From a virus: a DNA stretch of 64,000 nt. The translations under genes were made by a program, and so were the position numbers. The stretch is from IMG/VR virus record IMGVR_UViG_3300029288_000158; one strand, given 5' to 3'. Below, piece after piece: positions 17,237-26,073 of the stretch (the stretch's first letter is position 1; every line of letters begins with the position of its first letter). Under the pieces are notes generated by a model. The model saw nothing but the letters and a program-made list of their open reading frames with translations. It did not search any database and was not told the origin of the DNA.

Positions 17237-17731
17237 ATGAACATTCCAAAAACAAACGGAACCGAAATCATTTCCGACAAACCAACTTTGCGAGAGGCTA
17301 TTGCCGAAAATAAATGTTCTTTGTTTGAGGCAGACCTAACGAAAGCCGAACTTCATTTCGCCGACCTTTCTGTTTCAAATTTATACAAAGCAAATCTTGA
17401 AAACACAAACTTAATGGGAGCTAATCTTGAACGGGCTAATCTTCAAAATGCCAATCTGACAAACACGAATCTTCGCCATGTAGATGCCCGTTGGATTAGA
17501 ATTAGTGAAGATGTTGAGATTCTTTTTCGAATGGATTGTTGTATTTGGCCAGTTACAATTTTTCACAAGAAGGTTATGATTGGTTGTAAAGATTTCACGT
17601 TTGAAGAAATTCTAAACATGACAGAAGAGAAAGCGGAATCAATTCATGAAGGCGCTGGAAAAAGATGGAAACGCTGGGGTCGTGGATTGAAGAATAATGT
17701 TCTGGATATTATCGAATCGGGAATTTCGTGA
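17237..17731 (+). CDS. pentapeptide-repeat protein (possible DNA mimic)
   Basis: About 12 tandem A(D/N)LxX pentapeptides (ADLTKAELHFADLSVSNLYKANLENTNLMGANLERANLQNANLTNTNL). SD GAAAGG. Confidence 0.7.
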   Translation: MNIPKTNGTEIISDKPTLREAIAENKCSLFEADLTKAELHFADLSVSNLYKANLENTNLMGANLERANLQNANLTNTNLRHVDARWIRISEDVEILFRMDCCIWPVTIFHKKVMIGCKDFTFEEILNMTEEKAESIHEGAGKRWKRWGRGLKNNVLDIIESGIS

Positions 17732-17737
17732 AGAAAT

Positions 17738-17787
17738 ATCCGAAAGAAAATCCAGCTTGACTTAGGCTTGGTTTGAGAGTATATTAA
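17738..17787 (+). promoter_or_regulatory. conserved promoter cassette copy (-35 17757, -10 TATATT 17780)
   Basis: CCGAAAGAAAATCCAGCTTGACT. Confidence 0.65.
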
Positions 17788-17860
17788 AGGAAAGAGAAAA
17801 CGATTGGCTGGCTGAATTTTTTCACCAGTCTTTCATCCTATTCAAATCAGGAGTTTCAAA

Positions 17861-18145
17861 ATGGTCAGTCTTTGCTATACTTACAAGGTTGAAGTCAATG
17901 GAGTTATCACAGAAACCAAGACAGAGAAAGCATTCACTCAGTTTCCAGACATGGCCGAAGCTAAGAAGTGGGGACGAACAAAGTGGAAGTTTTTGAATTG
18001 GCCGGATGGAAAGTCCCGGACTTCTCACAAGTTTACTCACAATGGAAAGACTTATATTTCTGAAGGATGGGGCGCCAAGAAGAATATGCCGCATTACATT
18101 TCTCACTATGAAATGACTATGACCGAAGAAATTGAAGGAGTTTGA
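17861..18145 (+). CDS. hypothetical protein
   Basis: Track ORF. Confidence 0.55.
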   Translation: MVSLCYTYKVEVNGVITETKTEKAFTQFPDMAEAKKWGRTKWKFLNWPDGKSRTSHKFTHNGKTYISEGWGAKKNMPHYISHYEMTMTEEIEGV

Positions 18146-18146
18146 A

Positions 18147-18476
18147 ATGAAGCGTGGTGGATATGGAATCAAGTCTTTTGAAACTGCTCAGGCTTATCTT
18201 GGAGAAAAGAACATTGCGGAAATTGACAATCTGTGTGTTCTTCTCAAGTTTCAAAACATCATTTCTGTGATTCTTGAAGGTTTTGAAATTGTCAAGTATC
18301 ATGAAGATGGAAAGATTGAACTGACGAATTTCAAAAAGTATGACAGGAAATTCAAGAGGTATCTTTCTGAATTTTCTCCCGTCAAGATTAAGCAAAAAGA
18401 ATTTCAGTGGTATCTTGGGGAACAAATCTTCTTCTCTCATATGATTTTTGAAAACAATGAATGGAGGAAGGTATGA
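18147..18476 (+). CDS. hypothetical protein
   Basis: SD AAGGAG then ATG at 18147. Confidence 0.55.
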   Translation: MKRGGYGIKSFETAQAYLGEKNIAEIDNLCVLLKFQNIISVILEGFEIVKYHEDGKIELTNFKKYDRKFKRYLSEFSPVKIKQKEFQWYLGEQIFFSHMIFENNEWRKV

Positions 18477-18847
18477 AACCAAATTCTTCAGTTCAAGATA
18501 AAGTTGTTGCTGCATTTGAATTTTTTAGCAAGAAGAACGAAAACAAAAATTCAGAAAATAAAAAGAAAGAAAACAAAATGAAAATTCTATTGATTGTTCT
18601 TGCTGGTTTTGTTTTGGTTGGTTGTTCTTCTGAAAAAGAAATAACAACGAAGCAACAAATTATCAAAATTGTCGAAGAGGCATATGCTGAAGGACAAGGA
18701 GACGCGATTGAAGGAGATGTGAGAATCGAAATTGTCAATGATTCTCAAATTGTTTTTACAAAGACTCCTTGGGATGAATGTAGCGACGAAGGAAATTTCA
18801 AATGCGATGCTTCGTTGTTTGACACTGTTACGAATTCTTCGAATTGA
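18473..18847 (+). CDS. lipoprotein (lipobox MKILLIVLAGFVLVGC follows an internal Met at 18578; either start is possible)
   Basis: Track ORF. GGAGG before 18473. Confidence 0.5.
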   Translation: MKPNSSVQDKVVAAFEFFSKKNENKNSENKKKENKMKILLIVLAGFVLVGCSSEKEITTKQQIIKIVEEAYAEGQGDAIEGDVRIEIVNDSQIVFTKTPWDECSDEGNFKCDASLFDTVTNSSN

Positions 18848-18855
18848 GGATAATC

Positions 18856-19311
18856 ATGCTTGAAGCAATAGTCAATCAAATAACAAACGACGTTCCTTTT
18901 GCCGAACTAACAACAAACACAATTATTATTTGCGATGCTCTAGGGTTTGATGTAGCAAAAGATATTTTTGTATCGTTTGAAAAATCCAAAGATGGCCATC
19001 CGGATTATGATTATATTTTTGGAGAATCCGACGATTTTGAAAATATAAAGATTCAAGTTTTCCACGTTACAGAAAAAGAGATACTTGTTCGTGTTGGTGA
19101 ATTTCAAACAATCGCTATCATACATCTCAATGATTTGGAAGGTTTTGAAAAACTAAAACTATTAAACTTCGCATTGCGTGATCGGTGGATTTGTGGTGAT
19201 GGAAAAATTACACCGCTAACTGAATATCGAGGACATGAAAAGTGGGCAGATTGGAATAAGTATCTGATGGCGGTTGTTCAAGGTCGTTTTAATTTTTCGT
19301 TGGAATTTTAA
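18856..19311 (+). CDS. hypothetical protein
   Basis: ATG at 18856. Confidence 0.5.
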   Translation: MLEAIVNQITNDVPFAELTTNTIIICDALGFDVAKDIFVSFEKSKDGHPDYDYIFGESDDFENIKIQVFHVTEKEILVRVGEFQTIAIIHLNDLEGFEKLKLLNFALRDRWICGDGKITPLTEYRGHEKWADWNKYLMAVVQGRFNFSLEF

Positions 19312-19576
19312 AATTGATTCAAAACAAACGGGAGTTGCTTGAATCCGTAATTTCTATCTGTGAACAAATGACAACAGACATAAAACATTCTCAAAAAATA
19401 GCGATGTTGATTCATAGGAAAATAATCTATCCGGTCCCGAACAAATTAGTTCTTCGTTTGTTTCTTTACTTTTGGGTCGGTCAACAATTTTCAAACCTTG
19501 AATTTGAGGAGTATCTAAAATGATTCTTTCGTTTAATGGTTTCCGAATTCGCTCACAACATATTGCCGCATAGTTT

Positions 19577-19759
19577 ACAGAACCAGTTAATAGTTACAAA
19601 TCAAAATATTGGGTTGTTGTTAAATACGGCGGAAATGAAAAGCGATGGGGAATTGAAAATGTGAAAGTTGGCGACGACATTTTAAAACAAATTGATGATT
19701 CGCTTATCGGTGACCTTGACTTTCAAGAAATTCAAATCAAAGAAGTGGAGTTGACATGA
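19577..19759 (+). pseudogene. open frame of about 60 codons with no start codon; likely a decayed or frameshifted gene
   Basis: Protein-like frame ...KYGGNEKRWGIENVKVGDDILKQIDDSLIGDLDFQEIQIKEVELT. Start is lost. It overlaps the next ATG. Confidence 0.25.
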
Positions 19760-20022
19760 TAATTAACATCGATGGAATCAGAATTAACAGCACAGAAATC
19801 TATCGTTACGAGAAGGTTTATTGTGAGAAGAATAATACCAGACCAATCATAAAGATTTCATTTGTCGCAAGGACGCCTAATTCTCCATGTTTGATGAACG
19901 TTCCTTGTAACTATGATGACGATTCTTGTAATAGATTTCTTAGTCTTATGGACGAAGCATTTCAAGAAGAGTTGTCATATTTTTGTATCAACACTCAATT
20001 TTTGGGAATGTCCAAAGAATGA
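19756..20022 (+). CDS. Cys-containing small protein, copy A (88 aa) of a duplicated cassette
   Basis: Paralog of 22936-23139, about 85% nt identity over the first 190 nt with mostly synonymous changes. Confidence 0.6.
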   Translation: MIINIDGIRINSTEIYRYEKVYCEKNNTRPIIKISFVARTPNSPCLMNVPCNYDDDSCNRFLSLMDEAFQEELSYFCINTQFLGMSKE

Positions 20023-20234
20023 ATAATGTTCAAGAAATATTGAAGCTTGTCGGCGCTGGGAATTTAATCTCAACAGAACAAAAGAAAGAAATTGAACCGT
20101 TCTGTCAGCATCTTAGGAACAATGATAAAGATTTCAACATTCTATTTTTTGGAAATACTCACGCGAGAATAACCACTTCTGAAAAATACATTGAAAGTTT
20201 TTATGAATTACAAACTCTCACCAAACATTCTTAA
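20019..20234 (+). CDS. partner small protein, copy A (71 aa) of the duplicated cassette
   Basis: Paralog of 23146-23379 (shared ...KDFNILFFGNTHARITT...). ATGA-coupled. Confidence 0.6.
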   Translation: MNNVQEILKLVGAGNLISTEQKKEIEPFCQHLRNNDKDFNILFFGNTHARITTSEKYIESFYELQTLTKHS

Positions 20235-20448
20235 ATCTCCAACACTTCCTTTTGTGTATGATGGAATTTTGGAAATTGGAAAAGTTTATCAACTACAAAG
20301 GTTGTCAATCAAAATTATTTCAAAAGAAGATTTGTTGGAAAAGTTAGATGATAGAATAAACTTCTCGGTTAATCATACGATTCAAAAATTCCCAAGCATT
20401 GTTCAGAAGATTGCGTTATGTCTACAAACGACGAAACCTATTCAGATT

Positions 20449-20498
20449 GACCGAAGGAAAATCCAGCTTGACAACAGGCTGGATTTTGAGTAGATTGT
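20449..20498 (+). promoter_or_regulatory. conserved promoter cassette copy (-35 TTGACA 20468, -10 TAGATT 20491)
   Basis: CCGAAGGAAAATCCAGCTTGACA. Confidence 0.65.
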
Positions 20499-20513
20499 AT
20501 GACGGAGGAGTTT

Positions 20514-21230
20514 ATGAACGTAATCGCCGTTAAAAATATTATACCAACTCTTATTGATTGGGCGGAAACTCAAACTCCCAATTATGATTGCTGGTGGGAA
20601 TTCTCCGTAGGTTCTGACAATTGGTTTTCTTTTGATTTTTGTAATGTTGTAGATTGGGGAAAAGCTACACAAGAAAAATATATTGGCATTCTGGATTGTG
20701 GTCCTTTTTATGGACATTATGATTCCGATGAAGTTCATGAATATAAGTTTTTATATGTTGCCAACAAAATCGTAGCAATAAGTTTCAAGGTTGGTGATAA
20801 ATCCAAACCAAAATATTATTGGATGACAAACAACAAACGACAAATTCAAACAACGTTGCTTGTCATATATCCGAGTCAAGAAACCATTACAGATGACTGC
20901 GAAATTCTAACAGGGGAAATTTCAGAAACTATTTCGGACAGCTTGTATATGTCGTTTGTTACTATTGATAATGAACTATATCAATTTAACAAAGTGCCGT
21001 ATTGGGGATTTCTTAGAGGAAAAGGAAAAAAGATTCTTGCTACAAACAACGATGGAATTTTTGAAGTTGTTGGTGAGATTGAAAAATACGAAATAAGATT
21101 TCCGGGGATTGTTTATAATGATGCTTGGCAACGTGCTGATTTTTATTTGACAGACGGAAGAGTAATCGTAACTAAGGATATGATTTCCGAAAATGTTAAA
21201 TATTACATGTTTCAAAAAGTGGAGATTTAA
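20514..21230 (+). CDS. hypothetical protein
   Basis: GGAGGAG then ATG at 20514. Confidence 0.55.
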   Translation: MNVIAVKNIIPTLIDWAETQTPNYDCWWEFSVGSDNWFSFDFCNVVDWGKATQEKYIGILDCGPFYGHYDSDEVHEYKFLYVANKIVAISFKVGDKSKPKYYWMTNNKRQIQTTLLVIYPSQETITDDCEILTGEISETISDSLYMSFVTIDNELYQFNKVPYWGFLRGKGKKILATNNDGIFEVVGEIEKYEIRFPGIVYNDAWQRADFYLTDGRVIVTKDMISENVKYYMFQKVEI

Positions 21231-21233
21231 ACA

Positions 21234-21380
21234 ATGATTGAATGTATTGGAAAAGATAACAAGATACATCTTTGCGAACCACATGAAGTAAAAACAAAGT
21301 GTGGAAAAGAAATCAAAAGCAAAAAAGTAAAACCACAAGATTATGATAAAAGATTTTCTTGTGGAGAATGTTCTTACTAA
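21234..21380 (+). CDS. 48-aa zinc-ribbon protein (C..C...C..C)
   Basis: MIECIGKDNKIHLCEPHEVKTKCGK...FSCGECSY. Below the track cutoff. Confidence 0.4.
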   Translation: MIECIGKDNKIHLCEPHEVKTKCGKEIKSKKVKPQDYDKRFSCGECSY

Positions 21381-21392
21381 AAGGAGATTGAA

Positions 21393-21542
21393 ATGTCTAA
21401 GATTTTTCTGATTACGAGTTCTCGCGAAGATTGGCAAGGGTCTACTTGTTTTACCAATTGGAAGGCGTATACAACTCTTGAAGCTGCTGAAAAATGCATC
21501 AAAGATTTTTACGAATCGATTCAGATGTATTCTCGTCAATAA
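21393..21542 (+). CDS. 49-aa hypothetical protein
   Basis: SD AAGGAGATTGAAATG. Confidence 0.4.
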   Translation: MSKIFLITSSREDWQGSTCFTNWKAYTTLEAAEKCIKDFYESIQMYSRQ

Positions 21543-21626
21543 CAACTGAAAGACATATGGAAGAGAAGCGAAAAATCTATTAAACAACCTAAGAAAGATA
21601 CGACTCTTCATCAAACGCGAGAAAAT

Positions 21627-21878
21627 TTGTATAAGGCCAAATCACTCGTAAATGGTGTTGATTTGGATTCACAAATTAAAATTCTTGACGAAAAAATTAA
21701 GATAGTTGATTCTGAGTGGTCAAATACAATTCTCGAATATGAAAGAACGCGGCTTGCTAAGAAAGAAGAATTTGCTCTTACGCTTTCCGAAGAAGATAGA
21801 GCAATTTTTCTAAACGATAATATTTCAAAACCCGTAGAACATGATTACGAAATTGAAGAACTTGAATTGGAGGACTGA
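21627..21878 (+). CDS. acidic hypothetical protein. Contains no internal Met and would need a TTG start; it is in frame with the previous ORF across a single TAA.
   Basis: Track ORF with a TTG start. Confidence 0.35.
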   Translation: MYKAKSLVNGVDLDSQIKILDEKIKIVDSEWSNTILEYERTRLAKKEEFALTLSEEDRAIFLNDNISKPVEHDYEIEELELED

Positions 21879-21881
21879 CAA

Positions 21882-22652
21882 ATGAGTAAAGACAGTCTTG
21901 GCGACAGAATGAAAGATATTGAATCGAGAACGGAATATTTTCTTCCAAGGAGAACGTATACGCTTCTTCGTTTCGACGGCAAAGCCTTCCACACCTTCAC
22001 CAAAAGTTGCGAACGACCATTTGATTTTAATCTTATGGAGTGTATGCAGACCGCTTGTTTGGAAATTTGTAAAGAAGCCCAAGGTGCGGTTATTGGTTAC
22101 ACTCAATCCGACGAAATTAGTTTGGTTCTTACAGATTTCACAGAACCAACAACTGAGGCTTGGTTTGATGGAAACACTCGTAAGATTCAATCAATTGGCG
22201 CTTCAATTGTTACGAACGCTTTTAATAGAGTTTGGATGAACAAATATGCCGAAGACTATTTGAAGAATGGTGGAAGCATTTCGGATTTTCTTAACAACAT
22301 TAAACTGGCCGTATTTGATTGTCGTGTTTGGTCCACGTCCGACCCGTGGGAAGTATTTAACACCTTTCTTTGGCGTCAGAACGATGCTACAAGAAACAGC
22401 ATTCAAATGGTTTCTCAAAGTATGTTTTCTCATAAGGAGCTTCAAAATAAATCATGTCCGGTTCTACAAGAGATGATTTTTCAAAAAGGACAGAACTGGA
22501 ATGATTATCCAAACGAATGTAAACGCGGAACTTTTGTTTACAGGAAAGATGGAAGTTGGTTTGTTGATAAGAACGGCCCAATTCTAACACAAGATAGAAA
22601 ATGGTTTTTTGATAAACTTCCTTTTATTCCACAACCTTCTTTTGAGGATTAA
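21882..22652 (+). CDS. tRNA-His guanylyltransferase (Thg1)-like 3'-5' nucleotidyltransferase
   Basis: Thg1 signatures LLRFDGKAFHTFTK and GYTQSDEISLVL, and length. Confidence 0.8.
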   Translation: MSKDSLGDRMKDIESRTEYFLPRRTYTLLRFDGKAFHTFTKSCERPFDFNLMECMQTACLEICKEAQGAVIGYTQSDEISLVLTDFTEPTTEAWFDGNTRKIQSIGASIVTNAFNRVWMNKYAEDYLKNGGSISDFLNNIKLAVFDCRVWSTSDPWEVFNTFLWRQNDATRNSIQMVSQSMFSHKELQNKSCPVLQEMIFQKGQNWNDYPNECKRGTFVYRKDGSWFVDKNGPILTQDRKWFFDKLPFIPQPSFED

Positions 22653-22654
22653 AA

Positions 22655-22939
22655 ATGTTTGTAGACGAACTTAGAAAAAATGTAAGAGATAGTAATATCA
22701 ATAAGTTTGATAAAATTCAAAAAGAACTTATTGATAGCTTACATGCCGATGCGATATTTAATTCAAAACAAGCAAAAACTAAATTCGTAGCAATATATAA
22801 AGTTGATTTGTCGGGTCTTGAAATTCAACGGCTTATAAAGAATGTAATTACTTATTTTGAAAACGAAAATCTCGCGATTGAAATTGAACACATGATAATT
22901 AAAAGCCTGAGAATTTCTTTGGATTGGAGTGAAAAATGA
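22655..22939 (+). CDS. hypothetical protein
   Basis: Track ORF, coupled to neighbours. Confidence 0.5.
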   Translation: MFVDELRKNVRDSNINKFDKIQKELIDSLHADAIFNSKQAKTKFVAIYKVDLSGLEIQRLIKNVITYFENENLAIEIEHMIIKSLRISLDWSEK

Positions 22940-23139
22940 TTATTAACATTGATGGAGTAAGAATCAACAGCACAGAAATCTACAGATATGAAAAGGTTTA
23001 TTGTGAAAAGAACAATACTAGACCTATCGTAAAGATTTCTTTTGTAGCAAGAACGCCAAATTCTCCGTGTTTGATGAACGTTCCTTGTAATTATGATGAA
23101 ACTTCTGTTGATAAGTTTCTTCGGATTTTGGACGAGTAA
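22936..23139 (+). CDS. Cys-containing small protein, copy B (67 aa)
   Basis: Paralog of 19756-20022. Confidence 0.6.
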   Translation: MIINIDGVRINSTEIYRYEKVYCEKNNTRPIVKISFVARTPNSPCLMNVPCNYDETSVDKFLRILDE

Positions 23140-23145
23140 ATTTTA

Positions 23146-23379
23146 TTGATATTTATACGGAACATCTTGGAAATAAAAATTATTGAAGAAATTCTAAAGT
23201 TAATTCAATCAGGTAATGTGATATCTTCAGACCAAAAGAAAGAAATCGAATCATTTTGTAAGTATCTACGAGAGAATGACAAAGATTTCAATATTTTGTT
23301 CTTTGGAAATACTCACGCAAGAATTACAACTGACACAAAACACTTTGAAGAATTTAGGAAAATATACCATGAAACTTGA
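23146..23379 (+). CDS. partner small protein, copy B (77 aa)
   Basis: Paralog of 20019-20234. Its stop overlaps the radical-SAM start. Confidence 0.6.
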   Translation: MIFIRNILEIKIIEEILKLIQSGNVISSDQKKEIESFCKYLRENDKDFNILFFGNTHARITTDTKHFEEFRKIYHET

Positions 23380-24328
23380 AGATAACGGATTCTATACTTT
23401 GTCGGACGCTCGTTGTGTTTCGGCAACTCATGAAACAAATTTGATGCGTTGTGAATTGATTCTCACGGATGCTTGTAACTTTAGTTGTAAGTATTGTCGA
23501 GGTCAAAGAAAAGATTTGAAAAAGAATCTTACTTATGAAGAAGCATTGAACATTGTCAACCTTTGGATTTCACAAGGTTTGACGAATGTTCGTTTCTCTG
23601 GTGGCGAACCTACTCTTTGGAAGGGTTTGGAAAATCTTGTTCGTCACTGTAAGAAAAACAATGTTCAACATATTGCGGTTTCTTCCAATGGTTCGGCATC
23701 TATTGAACTTTACGATAGACTGATTGAAGCGGGGGTTAATGATTTTTCCATTTCACTCGATGCTTGTTGTGCGTCTTTCGGTGATTTGATGGCTGGAAAA
23801 GCAGGAGTTTGGGATAAGGTTGTTAATTGTATCTCCCATGTTTCCAAAAAAGTTTACACAACTGTCGGAATTGTTGTGACTGAAGAAACTGTTCACACAT
23901 TGAAAGATGTCGTTATGTTTGCTGCCGACCTTGGGGTTGCCGACATTCGTATCATTTCTGCCGCACAGTTCAATCAAATGTTGGACGTTGCGAACACCAT
24001 TCCTCAATCTGTTTATGACAAGTATCCGATTTTGAAATATCGAATAAACAACACTTTCAACAACATCAATGTTCGTGGTATTCAAGAAACCGATTCTCAC
24101 AAGTGTTGGATTGCTCTTGATGACATGGTTGTCGCTGGAGACTATCATTTTCCTTGTGTCATCTACATGAGAGAACAAGGAAACCCGATTGGAAAAGTCG
24201 GTCCAAACATGCGGGAAGAACGACGAGACTGGGTGAAGAATCACGACACTCATTCCGACCCGATTTGTAAAAAGAATTGTTTGGATTGTATAATTCTTTA
24301 CAACAAGAAGTTCGAGGAGAAGATGTAG
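23369..24328 (+). CDS. radical SAM enzyme with C-terminal Cys-rich auxiliary-cluster region (SPASM/twitch- or MoaA-like clade)
   Basis: CNFSCKYC (Cx3Cx2C), FSGGEPTLW, SSNGS, NDFSISLDA. C-terminal C...C...CKKNCLDC. Confidence 0.75.
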   Translation: MKLEDNGFYTLSDARCVSATHETNLMRCELILTDACNFSCKYCRGQRKDLKKNLTYEEALNIVNLWISQGLTNVRFSGGEPTLWKGLENLVRHCKKNNVQHIAVSSNGSASIELYDRLIEAGVNDFSISLDACCASFGDLMAGKAGVWDKVVNCISHVSKKVYTTVGIVVTEETVHTLKDVVMFAADLGVADIRIISAAQFNQMLDVANTIPQSVYDKYPILKYRINNTFNNINVRGIQETDSHKCWIALDDMVVAGDYHFPCVIYMREQGNPIGKVGPNMREERRDWVKNHDTHSDPICKKNCLDCIILYNKKFEEKM

Positions 24329-25170
24329 ATTCTGTTGACAATTGTGATGTGATTTTTACAAACGACGTTTATCCTGAAAATGTTTTGTCTTGTGGAAAAA
24401 GAAAAATTAAACGAATGGATGGCGTTTTTTGGCAAGAAGATTTCAAAGAACGAAATGAAAAATATAATCTTGCTGCGGAACAATCAGACCACGTTATTTT
24501 CATTTCCGAATATTCTAAGAAATCATTTGAAACACTTTACAAATCACAAATTGAAAATTGCTCGGTAATAACTCATTGGGTGGAAAAGAAGTTTGATTAT
24601 TTTTACGATTGTCAATTTAACAATACATTCTTTTCAATGGCAACGGATTGGAATAGAAAAGAAAAAAGATTGAGTGAAATAGTTAAGTTTGTTGAATTGA
24701 CGGGCTGCAAAATAAATCTTGTTGGGAAATGTGAATATGAAGTTCCGGAAAATATTACTAAGTTTGGATATTTGGAACCAGATTCAATAGAGTTTCTTTC
24801 GGTGATAAAACAATCTTCAGCATTTTTAAATCTAACGTGTAAAGATGCTGCTACAAAAACGGTTTGTCAAGCAATCAACTATGGTCTTCCGGTTTTGTTT
24901 TCAAATTCCGGGGGTGTTTCAGAACTTGTTTTGGATTGTGGGGTTGGAATAAAAGAAGAAGAAGAAATTGATTTTCTTAAAAATGTTCCAGAATTAAAAC
25001 AACAGAATATAATTTTTGGATTTGAACAATTTGTAGAACAATATGCCAAACTCAAAGATAACATTGATAACAGAATGAAAGACGATTTGTTGATGATAGC
25101 TGTTGGAAAATATTTTGAAATAATTAAAGGAGAAATAACAAATGAAAATGAAGAATGTAAACATCATTAG
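24277..25170 (+). CDS. glycosyltransferase-like protein (GT-B C-terminal domain-like). Start is uncertain (TTG at 24277 or ATG at 24415).
   Basis: ...NLVGKCEYEV...GLPVLFSNSGGVSELV resembles the GT4/GT1 C-terminal Rossmann domain. Confidence 0.45.
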   Translation: MFGLYNSLQQEVRGEDVDSVDNCDVIFTNDVYPENVLSCGKRKIKRMDGVFWQEDFKERNEKYNLAAEQSDHVIFISEYSKKSFETLYKSQIENCSVITHWVEKKFDYFYDCQFNNTFFSMATDWNRKEKRLSEIVKFVELTGCKINLVGKCEYEVPENITKFGYLEPDSIEFLSVIKQSSAFLNLTCKDAATKTVCQAINYGLPVLFSNSGGVSELVLDCGVGIKEEEEIDFLKNVPELKQQNIIFGFEQFVEQYAKLKDNIDNRMKDDLLMIAVGKYFEIIKGEITNENEECKHH

Positions 25171-25582
25171 CCTTCAAGATTTTGATGAGCTTGTCAAAAA
25201 AACATATGGAAAGATTTATAGTTTCCAGCAACAAGATGGATGTAAAGATAGACAAACTGTTTATTTTTCTGTTCCGTATGAAGACGCTGAAGATTTTAAA
25301 AATGATAAGATTCCCGAAATCATCAATGGCGATAAGATGGGAGTTTCTTTTAAATCGTGGCTTGAAAAGAATCCAGAATCGCCTCTGAATCCAAATCCAG
25401 ACGAATTGAAAGAGTGTATATATTATTGGGGTGAAGATGTTAACGAGTGGTGTTCGAGTAAATCCCACATTGAATTGTTTTGGGATAGAAACTTTTATCC
25501 GCACGTTTCTATGATTGTCAACGATTTACACGCCAAAGGATTGCTTCCGGCTGGAGAATACGGAATTGAAATTGATTGGTGA
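25142..25582 (+). CDS. hypothetical protein
   Basis: SD AAAGGAGAAATAACAAATG. Confidence 0.55.
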   Translation: MKMKNVNIISLQDFDELVKKTYGKIYSFQQQDGCKDRQTVYFSVPYEDAEDFKNDKIPEIINGDKMGVSFKSWLEKNPESPLNPNPDELKECIYYWGEDVNEWCSSKSHIELFWDRNFYPHVSMIVNDLHAKGLLPAGEYGIEIDW

Positions 25583-25620
25583 TTTTTAAAAAGGAGAAAT
25601 AACAAATTATTAATCCTGAA

Positions 25621-25824
25621 ATGAAAAAGACAATTCTTACGGCGCTTTCGAATCATTTGGGAGATGATTTGTATAAGGCTAAGAATGCTTTCAAAAACTA
25701 TACTCCGAAGATGATGAATGAACAATACGGTCATTCTGGTCAGACACCAAATAAAATTTTAGAATCTTATCAGAAACACTACGACAAAGTAACTGAAGCA
25801 ATTCGTTTTGTAGAAAGGTTGTGA
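25621..25824 (+). CDS. hypothetical protein
   Basis: Track ORF. Confidence 0.5.
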   Translation: MKKTILTALSNHLGDDLYKAKNAFKNYTPKMMNEQYGHSGQTPNKILESYQKHYDKVTEAIRFVERL

Positions 25825-25827
25825 AAA

Positions 25828-26073
25828 ATGAAGAAGACAATGTTTTGTTTGTTTCTGATTATTACAAGCTGCACTTCTTACGACATTAAGACTTCGGGTA
25901 ACGGTGTAATTATTTCTGAAAGTAAATGGGGTGGTGGTTATTGTGTGTTTCAGATTTATACGCTAACAGACAATAACAGAATCATAAACGGTAAGATTTA
26001 CTCATATATCCTGGATTCTTGTGGCAAATTTAACATAGGCGACACGGTTGGTTTGCGATTGGAGAAACGATAA
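25828..26073 (+). CDS. lipoprotein
   Basis: MKKTMFCLFLIITSC lipobox. Confidence 0.55.
   Translation: MKKTMFCLFLIITSCTSYDIKTSGNGVIISESKWGGGYCVFQIYTLTDNNRIINGKIYSYILDSCGKFNIGDTVGLRLEKR

Noticed and set aside
20191-20493. 100-aa ORF overlapping cassette-A gene 2 and the 20449 promoter
   Set aside because: It overlaps a conserved paralogous gene in another frame, and its C-terminus is a translation of the promoter repeat. Probably not a real gene.
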